From Candidatus Lustribacter sp. (lineage in GTDB: Bacteria; Vulcanimicrobiota; Vulcanimicrobiia; Vulcanimicrobiales; Vulcanimicrobiaceae): a DNA stretch of 64,000 bases. The notes beneath the pieces were generated by a model, which was not told where the DNA came from, searched no databases, and saw only the letters and a list, made by a program, of their open reading frames with translations. A program made the translations under genes and the position numbers. Location of the stretch: contig OZ255842.1 in the NCBI GenBank assembly GCA_965277805.1, forward strand, positions 4,864,001-4,928,000, read 5' to 3'. Within the stretch, counting starts at the first letter, position 1. Every line of letters begins with the position of its first letter. This document shows, piece after piece, positions 36,741 to 46,862 of the stretch.

Positions 36741-39238
36741 GCGACGACGATGTTCAGCAGCTTGTCGGGCACGAAGATGCGCTTGCGCACCGTCTTCCCG
36801 CCGGTGTGGGCTTGCACGCCGCTCTCCGCCTGCGCCAGCGCGAAGACCGCGTCTTCCGTGACGCCGGGCGCCGCTTGCACGCGGCCGCGCACCTTGCCGT
36901 TCACCTGAATGACGACCGTGATCTCATCGACCGCGAGCGCCGCCGGATCCGCTTCGAGATAGCGTTCGACGTGCACCGACGACGAGTGCCCCATGCGCGT
37001 CCACAACTCGTCGGCGATGTGCGGCGCAAACGGCGCGAGCGCAATCGGCAGCGCGTGGATCGCGTAGAGCACGGCGGGGTCGTTCTCGAGCGCCGGATCG
37101 CGCACGGCGGCGGTGAGCAGGTTGACCAGCTCGTCGAGCCGCGCAGTCGTGACGTTGTAGTGAAAGCGGCGCGTCGAGGTTTCGTCGTGGGCCGACTTCA
37201 GCGCGAGGTGCAGCGCGCGCACGAGCGCCCGCTGCGCATCCCCGGCACACGCCGGCAGCTGATCGAGCGGCGCGCGGCCGGCTTCGGTTGCCGGCGGTTC
37301 GCACGCGCGCCACACGCGCTGAATGAATCGCACGCGGCCGACGATGCCCTCATCGGTCCATTCCAGCGCATCTTCGGGCGGCGCGGCCTTGAGCAAGAAT
37401 AAGCGCATCGCATCGACGCCGTAGGATTCGACCGTTTCGTCGATCCCGACGACGTTGCCGCGGCTCTTCGACATCTTCTCCCCGTTGCGCAGCAGCGTGC
37501 CCTGATTGAAGAGCCGCGTGAACGGCTCGTCATCGCCGCTCACGTAACCCGCATCGATCATGAAGTAGTAGAAGAAGCGCGCGTAGAGCAAGTGCATCAC
37601 GGCATGCTCCGCGCCGCCGATGTACTGGTCGACCGGCATCCATGCCGAGGCCTTGGCTTTATCGAACGGCGCCGTGTCGTTCGTGGGATCGAGGTAGCGC
37701 ACGTAGTACCACGAGGAGTCGACGAACGTGTCCATCGTATCGGGGTCGCGTTTGGCCGGTCCGTTGCACTTGGGACACGTAGCGTTGATGAATGCCGGAT
37801 CGTTCGCGAGCGGCGAACCCTGACCGGTGAACGCGACGCCGCGCGGCAAGACAACCGGCAACTGGTCGTCCGGTACCGGCACCATGCCGTCGCGTTCGCA
37901 GTAGAGCATCGGGATCGGCGTGCCCCAATAGCGTTGACGCGAGATCAGCCAGTCGCGGAAGCGGAAGTTGACCGTCGTCGTTCCGCGACCGCGCACGGTG
38001 AGTTCTTGCGCGATGGCGATGCGCGCTTCGGCTGACGCGACGCCGTCGAACTGCGCGCTGTTCACGAGAACGCCGTCATCGCAATAGGCTTCGGTGAGTT
38101 CGCCCTCGACGAACTCGCCCGTGCCTTCGCCCGGCACGATGACCTGCCGAATTTCCAGGCTGAACTTCTTCGCGAAATCGAAGTCACGATCGTCGTGCGC
38201 CGGCACGCCCATCACGGCGCCGGTGCCGTATTCAGCCAGCACGTAGTTCGTCACCCAGATCGGCACGCGCGCGCCCGAGAGCGGGTTGATCGCAAATGCA
38301 CCGGTCGGCACGCCGGTTTTTTCCATCAGCTGCGTGCGTTCGAGTTCCGACTTCGAGGCGAGCGATGCCGCAAACGCTTCGACGTTGGCTTTTTCCGCCG
38401 GCAACGCGGCGAGGATCTTGGCGACGATCGGATGCTCGGGTGCGATCGCCATGAACGTCACGCCGAACACGGTGTCGACGCGCGTGGTGAAGACGTCGAT
38501 GCGCGCGTCGACGTTCTCGATGTCGAACGAGAACGTGACGCCTTCGCTGCGGCCGATCCAGTTGCGCTGCATCGTCTTGATGCGTTCGGGCCAGCCCGCG
38601 AGCCGGTCGATGCCGGCGAGCAAACGATCAGCGTAATCGGTGATCTTGAAGTTCCACTGCGAGAGGTTGCGGCGCTCGACCAGATGTCCGCAGCGCCAGC
38701 ACTTTCCGTCGTGGACCTGTTCGTTCGCCAGCACCGTCTGATCGTGCGGACACCAGTTGACCGGGGTTTCACGCTTGTAGGCGAGTCCGCGCTCGTACAT
38801 GCGCAAGAAGAACCACTGGTTCCATTTATAGTAGGCCGGATCGCAGGTGGCGAACTCGCGGCGCCAGTCGTAGCTCGTGCCCATCAGCTTGATCTGCCGG
38901 CGCATGTTGTCGATGTTGGAACGCGTCCAGGTCTCGGGCTCGATCCCGCGCTGGATCGCTGCGTTCTCAGCCGGCAGGCCGAACGCGTCCCAGCCCATCG
39001 GGTGCACGACGTTATTGCCGCGCATGCGCATCATGCGCGCGACCGCATCGCCGAGCGTGTAGTTCTTGGCGTGGCCGACGTGCAGATCGCCCGACGGATA
39101 CGGGAGCATCTCCAGGACGTAGTACTTCGGACGCGGGTCGGCGTCGTCGGCCTGATAGATTCCATCGGCTTCCCAGCGGGCTTGCCAGGCCGGTTCGACC
39201 GTACGGTGGTCGTACGTCAGCGGCCGTTCTTCGAGCAT
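36737..39238 (-). CDS. leuS: Leucine--tRNA ligase
   Basis: PYPSG.LHVGH, GWDAFGLPAENAA, KMSKS, editing domain GTGAVMGVPAHD. Confidence 0.98.
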   Translation of the reverse strand: MLEERPLTYDHRTVEPAWQARWEADGIYQADDADPRPKYYVLEMLPYPSGDLHVGHAKNYTLGDAVARMMRMRGNNVVHPMGWDAFGLPAENAAIQRGIEPETWTRSNIDNMRRQIKLMGTSYDWRREFATCDPAYYKWNQWFFLRMYERGLAYKRETPVNWCPHDQTVLANEQVHDGKCWRCGHLVERRNLSQWNFKITDYADRLLAGIDRLAGWPERIKTMQRNWIGRSEGVTFSFDIENVDARIDVFTTRVDTVFGVTFMAIAPEHPIVAKILAALPAEKANVEAFAASLASKSELERTQLMEKTGVPTGAFAINPLSGARVPIWVTNYVLAEYGTGAVMGVPAHDDRDFDFAKKFSLEIRQVIVPGEGTGEFVEGELTEAYCDDGVLVNSAQFDGVASAEARIAIAQELTVRGRGTTTVNFRFRDWLISRQRYWGTPIPMLYCERDGMVPVPDDQLPVVLPRGVAFTGQGSPLANDPAFINATCPKCNGPAKRDPDTMDTFVDSSWYYVRYLDPTNDTAPFDKAKASAWMPVDQYIGGAEHAVMHLLYARFFYYFMIDAGYVSGDDEPFTRLFNQGTLLRNGEKMSKSRGNVVGIDETVESYGVDAMRLFLLKAAPPEDALEWTDEGIVGRVRFIQRVWRACEPPATEAGRAPLDQLPACAGDAQRALVRALHLALKSAHDETSTRRFHYNVTTARLDELVNLLTAAVRDPALENDPAVLYAIHALPIALAPFAPHIADELWTRMGHSSSVHVERYLEADPAALAVDEITVVIQVNGKVRGRVQAAPGVTEDAVFALAQAESGVQAHTGGKTVRKRIFVPDKLLNIVVA

Positions 39239-39461
39239 TTCCTCATCATAGCAAGCCCCGGACCCAAGTGCCACCGCCCGTAGCCCAGCCGTACCGCCAA
39301 AGCAGTGTGCGTTTGCTCACTCGGACTATTTAGAGGATAAGCGTTCGGTTGCGTGTGACTTATGTCGGCTTTCCCTTGCTCTGCCCGGGGGAGCTACGGT
39401 CTCCTTAACTATAGGGCGGCGCTTTTTGCGTCCCCGCACGCTCATTTGGAGCAGCAACTCG

Positions 39462-40295
39462 ATGAAGAATCTTGGATTCGCGGCCGTCGCAATAGCGGCG
39501 CTAGCGATCGCCGGATGCGGTGGGGGCGGGTCGTCGACCCCGGCCACCCCGACTCCGGCCCCGACAGCAGCCCCGACCGCCGGCGCACTCGCCGTCGCTT
39601 ACTCGAGCGCGGCCACGGTCGGCGTCTCGGGCGCTGCGCCCGCGGCCTTGGCCTTTACCGCACCGACCGAGACCGTCACCCTGACGGCAACGCAGTCGGG
39701 CAATACCACCGGATACGGTGCCACATCGAGTTGCGCTCAGGTGACCGTTACACCGGCCACCTCGACGACCGGCGTCTTCACCGCGACCGCGGTTGCCCCG
39801 GCAGCCGCCGGCTGCACGATCACCGTCACCGGTGCCACCGGCACTGCGTCGGTCGCCATCGCGTCGACCGTGCCTACGCCGACCGGCGTCGCGCTACGCT
39901 GGTATCTGCCGAATTACCAGACGCAATCGCCGCCGGTTCCGCAATCGGCCGGCCCGATCAACCTGGTCGGTCTCACGTCGCTGTTTGCAACGCAGCTGGC
40001 GATCAGCGAAAACGCCTACGTCGGCGGCTTCCCGGCCTCGAAGGTCGTGGTCTCAGCCGGCTGCACGGGATTCGCCACGGTCGTTGCTGACGCTACGCCG
40101 CCGCCGGGCTTGCCGACCGCGGCTCCGGGCTCTTCTCTCGTCTACTACACCGTCACGGGTACGGCCGCGGTTCTGACGACCGGCGGATGCACCGTCACGG
40201 CGACCGACTCTTACGTGCCGGTTGCGCCGGCGACGCCAAACCCGTCGGCATCGATCGGCGTGGAAATTACGACCGTCACGGGGGTATGGCAATAA
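39462..40295 (+). CDS. Thr/Ala/Pro-rich surface lipoprotein
   Basis: Lipobox IAGC followed by GGGGSS; two Ig-like segments with 'GCT.T.T'. Confidence 0.8.
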   Translation: MKNLGFAAVAIAALAIAGCGGGGSSTPATPTPAPTAAPTAGALAVAYSSAATVGVSGAAPAALAFTAPTETVTLTATQSGNTTGYGATSSCAQVTVTPATSTTGVFTATAVAPAAAGCTITVTGATGTASVAIASTVPTPTGVALRWYLPNYQTQSPPVPQSAGPINLVGLTSLFATQLAISENAYVGGFPASKVVVSAGCTGFATVVADATPPPGLPTAAPGSSLVYYTVTGTAAVLTTGGCTVTATDSYVPVAPATPNPSASIGVEITTVTGVWQ

Positions 40296-42748
40296 TGTAC
40301 CGTCTAACGACCCTTCGCGCGGCGGCGGCAGCTGCCGTCCTCGGTGCCATGGCCCTCGCCGGTTGCGGCGGAGGCGGCTCCCAAAGCATGTTGCCGGGCG
40401 CCGCGGGCGCAGCAACCGCTCCCGGCTCGAACACGCCGACTCTCGTTACTCAAAACGGGAAGACGGTGCAAGCCGCGACGCTTTCCGTCACGCTTCCGAA
40501 TCAAGTGGGCGCCCAAGCGCAATCGACGAAGCGCGCGATTTTCTCTTCCGCAAAGAAGCCGGCATTTATCGATACGACGACGCCGAATTCTTCGATCGTC
40601 GTTTCCGTGTCACCGCAAAATGCGGCCGAAGCTGCGCAGTACGGTAATCTGACCGTCTGCTACAACCTCTACGTGAACGGCACGCTCGTGCCGAGCAATC
40701 CGCCGAATTACCAGGTTACGGCGGTCGGTAACACGGTCTCACAAGTGAACGTCGCGATTCCGGCTCCGCCCGGCACCGACGGCTTCCAAATCACCCAATA
40801 CAGCGGCCTTTGCGGCAGCACGCCGTACACGATTCCGACGCCGCCGCCGGGCAACATCGGCACGAGCAACATTCTTGCTCAAACACCGGTAACGTACGCC
40901 GACATCGAGCCCGGCCAAACGAACGTGCTGAACAACCAAATCGCCGCGTGCGCCGGCATCGGCAGCGCGACGACGCCGTGCCCGGTCGGACTCGCGGGAA
41001 CGCCCGTCCCGCCGGCCGGTACGTTTGCCGCATCCGTTTCTGTTGCGAGCGTAGCGTTCGGCACATTGCCGATACCGAATCCGGTGAGAGAACAGGGTAA
41101 GTTCATAAGTCTCAACGGGCAAATCGGCGTGCCGATTCCGCTCGAAGCGAAGGATGCCGCTGGTGCGATCATTCCGGGACTCACGACCGTTGCGGCTCCG
41201 CTCGGCGGAGCCGGTTTCTTCCCGACCGGCGTGACCGTTACCGACGGCGACACGAGCGGTCACACGAGCCTCTATCTCGTCGACGCAACGACCGGCGCGA
41301 TCGCGCAAGGACCCGGTACGAGCGTTACGATCCACGAGTTCAATGTCTTGAACTCGAACACGGTCAGCGGCTTCACCAGCGTCTGCGGCACGGGAGCTCA
41401 GTCATGCAGTGACACGCTCGTCGGCGGCATCCAGGGCGATCCGTGGGTGATCGTGCTGACGTCCGACGGCACGTCGACCGCAACGTCGCCGGCCAGCGTC
41501 ACGGTCACCGCCTCGGCGACGGTCGCGAATGCTGCCTTGCCGACGCCGATTACCACCACCGTCACCCCGCAGGCGGCGGTCTATTCCGCCGGCGGTACGG
41601 GCTACGCCGACCTCGCAAATCCGACGGCTCCGGCCGGTTTGATTGCGGTTGGCGCGTCGAACTACTTCACCGACGGGAACTCGGTGAAGATCGATGGTGT
41701 CGCTCCCGGCGTTGCAACGACTGCCACGGCGCTTGGCGGACTGACGTCGGCAACGTGGCCGAACGCAACGTCGTTCATCTACGCCGTCGACAGCGCACAA
41801 GCCGGCGCGGCGACGACGACCGAACAAGGCTCCGGTTTGTTCGCCTACAACGCCGCGCTGACGACGGAAGTCCCGGTGTCCGCTGCGGCCGGTGCGAACA
41901 ACTACATCACGTTCCAGAATCCCGTCGGCGTCGTGCAAGGACTCGGCGCCGGTGCTGGGGCGGGACATCCGTATCTCTACGTCATCAACCAAGCCGGCGG
42001 CATCTATCGCGTCGACATTAGCGGCGCGAGTGAACTCGCGCCAGTCGGAGGCTTCCAAGAGGCCACCAACGTGCTGCCGCTGCTCTCGCAAAGCGGTACT
42101 CCACTGAACCCGGGAACCGCAAAGGTTCTTGGGACGGCAACGCTGACCGGCGGACAATTCCTGATCGGTGATCCCGGCAACAACCGCATTGCCATGGTCG
42201 ATGCGACTGCCAGCAATACCGCGACGATCACGACGTGGGCGACGTGCCCGGGGTGCACCGGTCTCTTCATCTCCGGTACGTCGGCGTATGCTACGTCGAC
42301 GTCGGGTCAGATCTACTACATCTCAGCTCAGGGTGCGACTGCGGTCTCGCTCGGATTTTCGCTGGGTCCTGCAGTCGACGGCCCGCTCGGACAGATCGCC
42401 TCGTTCACGCCGACGGCAACGCCGACGTTGACGCCGGTGAATTATCTGCTCCAGTTCCAAGCGAAGAGCTTCTTCGACACCGCCAACAACACGACGGGCA
42501 TCGCTACACCATACACACTCGCGCCGTTCAACGGCACGAAAGTGTTCGCAGCGCCGCCGGCTGCCGGTGTTGGACTCATCGTCGACACCAGTGCGGGTGG
42601 AACGACCGGTGCCGGCGTCATCAAGGCGACCGGCGGCATCATCGTGGTGCCGAACACGGCAACTGGGAGTGCGGTCGTTACTCCCGACAGCATCCTGTTC
42701 GTCGACTCCGCGGGAACGGGCGGCAAGCTCCGCACGATCGCGCGGTAA
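40295..42748 (+). CDS. Large Thr/Gly-rich surface lipoprotein with probable C-terminal beta-propeller
   Basis: TAATG coupling; lipobox LAGC-GGGGS; YFTD/IYAVD/IGDPGNNRI blade-like motifs. Confidence 0.8.
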   Translation: MYRLTTLRAAAAAAVLGAMALAGCGGGGSQSMLPGAAGAATAPGSNTPTLVTQNGKTVQAATLSVTLPNQVGAQAQSTKRAIFSSAKKPAFIDTTTPNSSIVVSVSPQNAAEAAQYGNLTVCYNLYVNGTLVPSNPPNYQVTAVGNTVSQVNVAIPAPPGTDGFQITQYSGLCGSTPYTIPTPPPGNIGTSNILAQTPVTYADIEPGQTNVLNNQIAACAGIGSATTPCPVGLAGTPVPPAGTFAASVSVASVAFGTLPIPNPVREQGKFISLNGQIGVPIPLEAKDAAGAIIPGLTTVAAPLGGAGFFPTGVTVTDGDTSGHTSLYLVDATTGAIAQGPGTSVTIHEFNVLNSNTVSGFTSVCGTGAQSCSDTLVGGIQGDPWVIVLTSDGTSTATSPASVTVTASATVANAALPTPITTTVTPQAAVYSAGGTGYADLANPTAPAGLIAVGASNYFTDGNSVKIDGVAPGVATTATALGGLTSATWPNATSFIYAVDSAQAGAATTTEQGSGLFAYNAALTTEVPVSAAAGANNYITFQNPVGVVQGLGAGAGAGHPYLYVINQAGGIYRVDISGASELAPVGGFQEATNVLPLLSQSGTPLNPGTAKVLGTATLTGGQFLIGDPGNNRIAMVDATASNTATITTWATCPGCTGLFISGTSAYATSTSGQIYYISAQGATAVSLGFSLGPAVDGPLGQIASFTPTATPTLTPVNYLLQFQAKSFFDTANNTTGIATPYTLAPFNGTKVFAAPPAAGVGLIVDTSAGGTTGAGVIKATGGIIVVPNTATGSAVVTPDSILFVDSAGTGGKLRTIAR

Positions 42749-42782
42749 TCCTCACGCCGGCAACACCGGCGGATCACCCCAG

Positions 42783-42813
42783 AGGGCGGCTTGCGAGCCG
42801 CCCTTTCTTTTTT
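42783..42813 (+). terminator. Rho-independent terminator
   Basis: AGGGCGGCT-TGCG-AGCCGCCCT followed by a T-rich tail. Confidence 0.85.
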
Positions 42814-42837
42814 GTTCGCGTTGCGCAGAAGAGTCGC

Positions 42838-43500
42838 GTGAATATTTCGCCTTCGCTTGCGGCGGTTGGCGGTGCTGCGATCGTCGCCGTCATCGTTGCG
42901 TTCGTGCTGAGGCCGGCGCAGCTCGTACCGCATCCGGCGCCGGAACGTACGGCCGCCCCCGAACGCGTTCGTCAACCGCTCGTTGAACGCGCTCAAACGC
43001 TCGTGTACGTTGCGGGCGCGGTCGTGCATCCGGGCGTGTATGCGGTTTCGGGAGACGCGCGTGCGCGCGATGCGTTGGCAAAGGCCGGCGGCGCGACGCA
43101 CGATGCGAATCTCGTCGCCGTCAATCTTGCCGCACACGTCGCGGACGGCGATGAGATCGCGGTGCCGCGTTATGGCGACGAAACGGCCGCTCCGGGCGCG
43201 GGCCCGGGTGTCCACCGCACGTCGTCGTCAACAGCGCGGCGCACGCGCCGTCGTCCCCGCCGTAGGCCGAGCACTGCGGCGCGCGCCGTCGCCGCCGATG
43301 CGCCGGCGATCGACCTCAATACCGCCGATGAGGCGACGCTCGCGGAACTGCCCGGCATCGGCCCGACGCTGGCCGAACGGATCGTCGAATTCCGTACGCT
43401 CAACGGCCCGTTTGCTTCGGTCGACGGCCTAGCTGATGTCGCCGGCATCACGCCGCAGCGACTCGATACCCTCAGTTCGCTGTTGACGGCCGGGCGTTGA
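42838..43500 (+). CDS. comEA: Competence protein ComEA
   Basis: TM anchor, SLBB (VYVAGAVVHPGVY...NLA...DG.I.VP), HhH (IDLNTAD...LPGIGPTLAERIV.FR..NGPF). Confidence 0.92.
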   Translation: MNISPSLAAVGGAAIVAVIVAFVLRPAQLVPHPAPERTAAPERVRQPLVERAQTLVYVAGAVVHPGVYAVSGDARARDALAKAGGATHDANLVAVNLAAHVADGDEIAVPRYGDETAAPGAGPGVHRTSSSTARRTRRRPRRRPSTAARAVAADAPAIDLNTADEATLAELPGIGPTLAERIVEFRTLNGPFASVDGLADVAGITPQRLDTLSSLLTAGR

Positions 43501-43581
43501 TTTGTGTTGATTTGTAACGGTATGTAAAGAAGAAAAGGCGCCCGCCTGCTTGCTGACGTAACGCGTTTGTCCTGGGGGAGC

Positions 43582-46500
43582 ATGGAAGAGACTCGGACCT
43601 TGGACGCGCCCGATCAGCGCGACCGCCACGTCATTCGCCGCACTGCAGAACTCCTCGCGTCAGACGTCCCCTTACGCGATGTCTTTTCTCAATTCTGCCG
43701 CCTCCTCTCATCCGTCATCGATGCCTCGCGCGTGTTCATCGCGCTGCACGAGGCATCGTCGCTGCGCATCGTCTACATGGTCACGGACGGCAAGGTCGGC
43801 ATTCCCAAAGACGCGATCATTCACAGTGGTTCACAGAGCGCGCTCGTTGCCGCCGGCGGCCAGTCGATCATCAAGAGCGTTCCGTCCGACTGGGAGACCG
43901 CGCGCACGGCCAAGGCGACGGACGGAATGCCCGACGGCAGCGACGCGATCTCGGCGATCTACGTCCCGCTGAAATTCGGCCCCGATATCATCGGCGTGCT
44001 CTCCGTGCAGAGTCCGGCGGCCAACGCCTACGACACGGCCGACGTGGAGCTGCTGGAAACATGCGCGCTCTATCTCGCCGTGCGCGTTCACGACGCGCGC
44101 CAAGAGAGCGTCAACCGCGCGCTGCAGGGACTCGTCTCGAGCGACGGTCTGACCGGCGTAGCCAATCGCCGGACGTTCGACGAGCGGATCGTCAGCGAGT
44201 GGAAGCGCTGCGTCAAAGCAAAGACCGAACTTGCGATCGTGTTCGTCGACGTCGACTACTTCAAAGCGTTCAACGATAGCTACGGGCACATCGCGGGAGA
44301 TGCGTGTTTGCAGCAAGTTGCGCAGGCCCTAGGGGCGTGTGTGAAACGCACGAACGACGTGCTGGCGCGTTACGGCGGCGAAGAGTTCGCCGCGATTCTC
44401 CCCTCGACGAACTTGCAAGACTCGATCGTCGTTGCGGAGCGCATGCGTTCGGCCGTCGAAGCGATGCACATCGATCACGACGGATCGACGCTCGGCCGCG
44501 TGTCGATCAGTGTCGGCGTCGCATCGGTCCCCGCGCAAGCCGACATCGATCCGATGCACGTCGTCAAGCTCGCCGACGAAGCCGCGTACATGGCGAAAGA
44601 GAGCGGGCGCAATCGAGTCGTCGCGCCGCCGGATTATGAATCGAAGGCATTGCCGGCGCTGCGACGTCAAGCTGCGCGTCACAATCTTCCGCTGCAGCTC
44701 ACCCGTTTTCTCGGCCGCGAACGCGAGCTCTCCGAAGTGCGGCGCCTGCTCGGCGAAATTCGCCTCGTCACGCTCACCGGCTCGGGCGGCATCGGAAAGA
44801 CGCGCCTGGCGCTCGAAGCGGCGCACGGCCGCATCGGCACGTTCGGCGACGGCGTGTGGGTGGTCGACCTCGCGCGGCTTGAGGATCCCGCGCTCGTTCC
44901 GGCCGCGCTGGCCGCGGCGATGGAACTCGACGCGACCGAACAAACGCCGTCGATGGATCTCGTGGTTACGGCGCTGCGTTCCAAACACGCGCTGCTGATC
45001 TTCGATAACTGCGAGCATCTCAGTGAAGCCTGCGGTCGGCTGGTCGAAGCGTTGCTGCTCGAAGCGCCCGGCATTCACGTGCTCGCGACGAGCCGCGAAC
45101 CGTTGGGGATCATCGGCGAACGCATTTATCGCGTCGCGTCGCTCGCGCTTCCGCCCGAAGAAAAGCCGGTCTCGGCCGAAGATGCGCTGGCCTTCGACGG
45201 CGTGCAGTTCTTCGTCACGCGCGCGGAGGAAGCCGCGTCGTTCGTGCTCGAGGATCACAACGCCAACACGGTCGTGCACATCGCGCGGCGCCTCGACGGC
45301 ATTCCGCTCGCGATCGAACTCGCCACCGCGCGCTTGCGGGCGATGACGGTGCAGCAGCTGGCCGAACGGCTCGATGATAGTTTCCGCGTGCTCTCGGGCG
45401 GCAGCCGCACGGCGCTTCCCCGCCAGCAAACGCTGCGCGCCCTGATCGATTGGAGCTACCAGCTCCTCGACGAGCCCGAGCGGACGTTGTTCGCGCGCCT
45501 CTCCGTCTTCGCCGGAACGTGGACGCTCGAGGCGGCAACCGCCGTATGTTCCAGCGGGGAGCTGCCGCCGCCGTCGATCGACGAGCACGTTTCGCAACTC
45601 GTCGAAAAGTCGCTCGTGCTGATGGAGACGCACGGCGCGCACAACCGTTACCGCTTCCTCCAGTCGACGCGCGAGTACGCGCGCGAGCGGCTCTCACTCA
45701 ACGGCGATGCGACCGAGATCCAGCGGCGGTGCGTGGAGTACTATCGCGAACTCGCCGAGCGCATCGGCTCGGCGCCCGAAACGAAGCCGACGCGCTCCTG
45801 GCTACCGCCCGCACTGCCCGAGTGGGACAACTTCCGCATGGTGCTCACCTGGTCGCTGCTCGACGGCGGCGATCAAGTGGCGGGCGCCGCCATCGTCGCC
45901 GGTCTCGTGCCGTATTGGGAAGCCGTCAGCAAAGGATCCGATGCGCTGTACTGGCTCGGCGTCGCAATGAACGCGCCGGGATTGCCCGATGACCTGGCGG
46001 CGAAACTCGCGATCGGAACGGCGTTCTTCCTGCGCCTCACCGGCGATAATCCTGTGCGCGTCACGGCGCTCAGCCGTAAGGCGCTGAACATCGCGCTCGC
46101 CAACGGCGACAAACGCCTGCGCGCGAACGCGCTCGTCAGCTTGGGTGGCGCGTCGCTGATGGACGTGCGCGCCGAAGCCGCATCGCCGCTGTTCATCGAA
46201 GCTCTGACGATCGCACACGCCTGCGAGGATCGTTTGTGCGAGTCGGACGCGCTGAACAACCTTGCAATCTGCGCCGACTACGCGGGGGAACCGAGTCGCG
46301 CGCACGCGCAGTACGAGGCGTCGCTCGCGATCGCGCGCGGACTCGGCCACGACCGCAAGACCGCCCGCGCACTGCACAACCTCGCCGCGCTGGCGCAGGA
46401 CGCCAACGACCTCGACACCGCCGCGCGTTACGAGCGCGAAGCGATCGCGATCCTCGAGCGTTACGGCACGCCGCGGCAATTCCTGATCGACCTCGCCGAC

Positions 46501-46848
46501 CTCGAACTCATTCGCGGCAACCTCGAAACGGCCGATCGTATCTGCCGCGACATCATCTCGGGACTCGTGCTCGAAAACGCGATGTGGCTCGTGCGCGAAT
46601 GCCTGTTCGTGTTCGCGCAAGTCCACGCGCGCGCCGGTCATGACGCGCGCGCGGCATGTTTGCTCGGCTTCATGGAGACGCTCGATTCGCGCCTTGCGCC
46701 GCGTCAGCCGGCGATCGGCGAGCTGTACGCGAAGTTCGTGGCGGACGTCATGGGCCGGCTTTCACCGCAAGACTACATGCGCGCGTATAGCCACGGTATC
46801 GCCCTCTCGCTCGATGCGGCCGTAAACGAAGCGCGCCTCCCGATCTAG
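43582..46848 (+). CDS. GAF-GGDEF-STAND ATPase-TPR protein
   Basis: GAF (YVPL...IGVLSVQS), DGLTG...RYGGEEF, HNLP...RFLGRE, GSGGIGKT, LIFDNCEH, LDGIPLAIELA, TPRs. Confidence 0.9.
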   Translation: MEETRTLDAPDQRDRHVIRRTAELLASDVPLRDVFSQFCRLLSSVIDASRVFIALHEASSLRIVYMVTDGKVGIPKDAIIHSGSQSALVAAGGQSIIKSVPSDWETARTAKATDGMPDGSDAISAIYVPLKFGPDIIGVLSVQSPAANAYDTADVELLETCALYLAVRVHDARQESVNRALQGLVSSDGLTGVANRRTFDERIVSEWKRCVKAKTELAIVFVDVDYFKAFNDSYGHIAGDACLQQVAQALGACVKRTNDVLARYGGEEFAAILPSTNLQDSIVVAERMRSAVEAMHIDHDGSTLGRVSISVGVASVPAQADIDPMHVVKLADEAAYMAKESGRNRVVAPPDYESKALPALRRQAARHNLPLQLTRFLGRERELSEVRRLLGEIRLVTLTGSGGIGKTRLALEAAHGRIGTFGDGVWVVDLARLEDPALVPAALAAAMELDATEQTPSMDLVVTALRSKHALLIFDNCEHLSEACGRLVEALLLEAPGIHVLATSREPLGIIGERIYRVASLALPPEEKPVSAEDALAFDGVQFFVTRAEEAASFVLEDHNANTVVHIARRLDGIPLAIELATARLRAMTVQQLAERLDDSFRVLSGGSRTALPRQQTLRALIDWSYQLLDEPERTLFARLSVFAGTWTLEAATAVCSSGELPPPSIDEHVSQLVEKSLVLMETHGAHNRYRFLQSTREYARERLSLNGDATEIQRRCVEYYRELAERIGSAPETKPTRSWLPPALPEWDNFRMVLTWSLLDGGDQVAGAAIVAGLVPYWEAVSKGSDALYWLGVAMNAPGLPDDLAAKLAIGTAFFLRLTGDNPVRVTALSRKALNIALANGDKRLRANALVSLGGASLMDVRAEAASPLFIEALTIAHACEDRLCESDALNNLAICADYAGEPSRAHAQYEASLAIARGLGHDRKTARALHNLAALAQDANDLDTAARYEREAIAILERYGTPRQFLIDLADLELIRGNLETADRICRDIISGLVLENAMWLVRECLFVFAQVHARAGHDARAACLLGFMETLDSRLAPRQPAIGELYAKFVADVMGRLSPQDYMRAYSHGIALSLDAAVNEARLPI

Positions 46849-46862
46849 GCGGCTCGGCGAAT

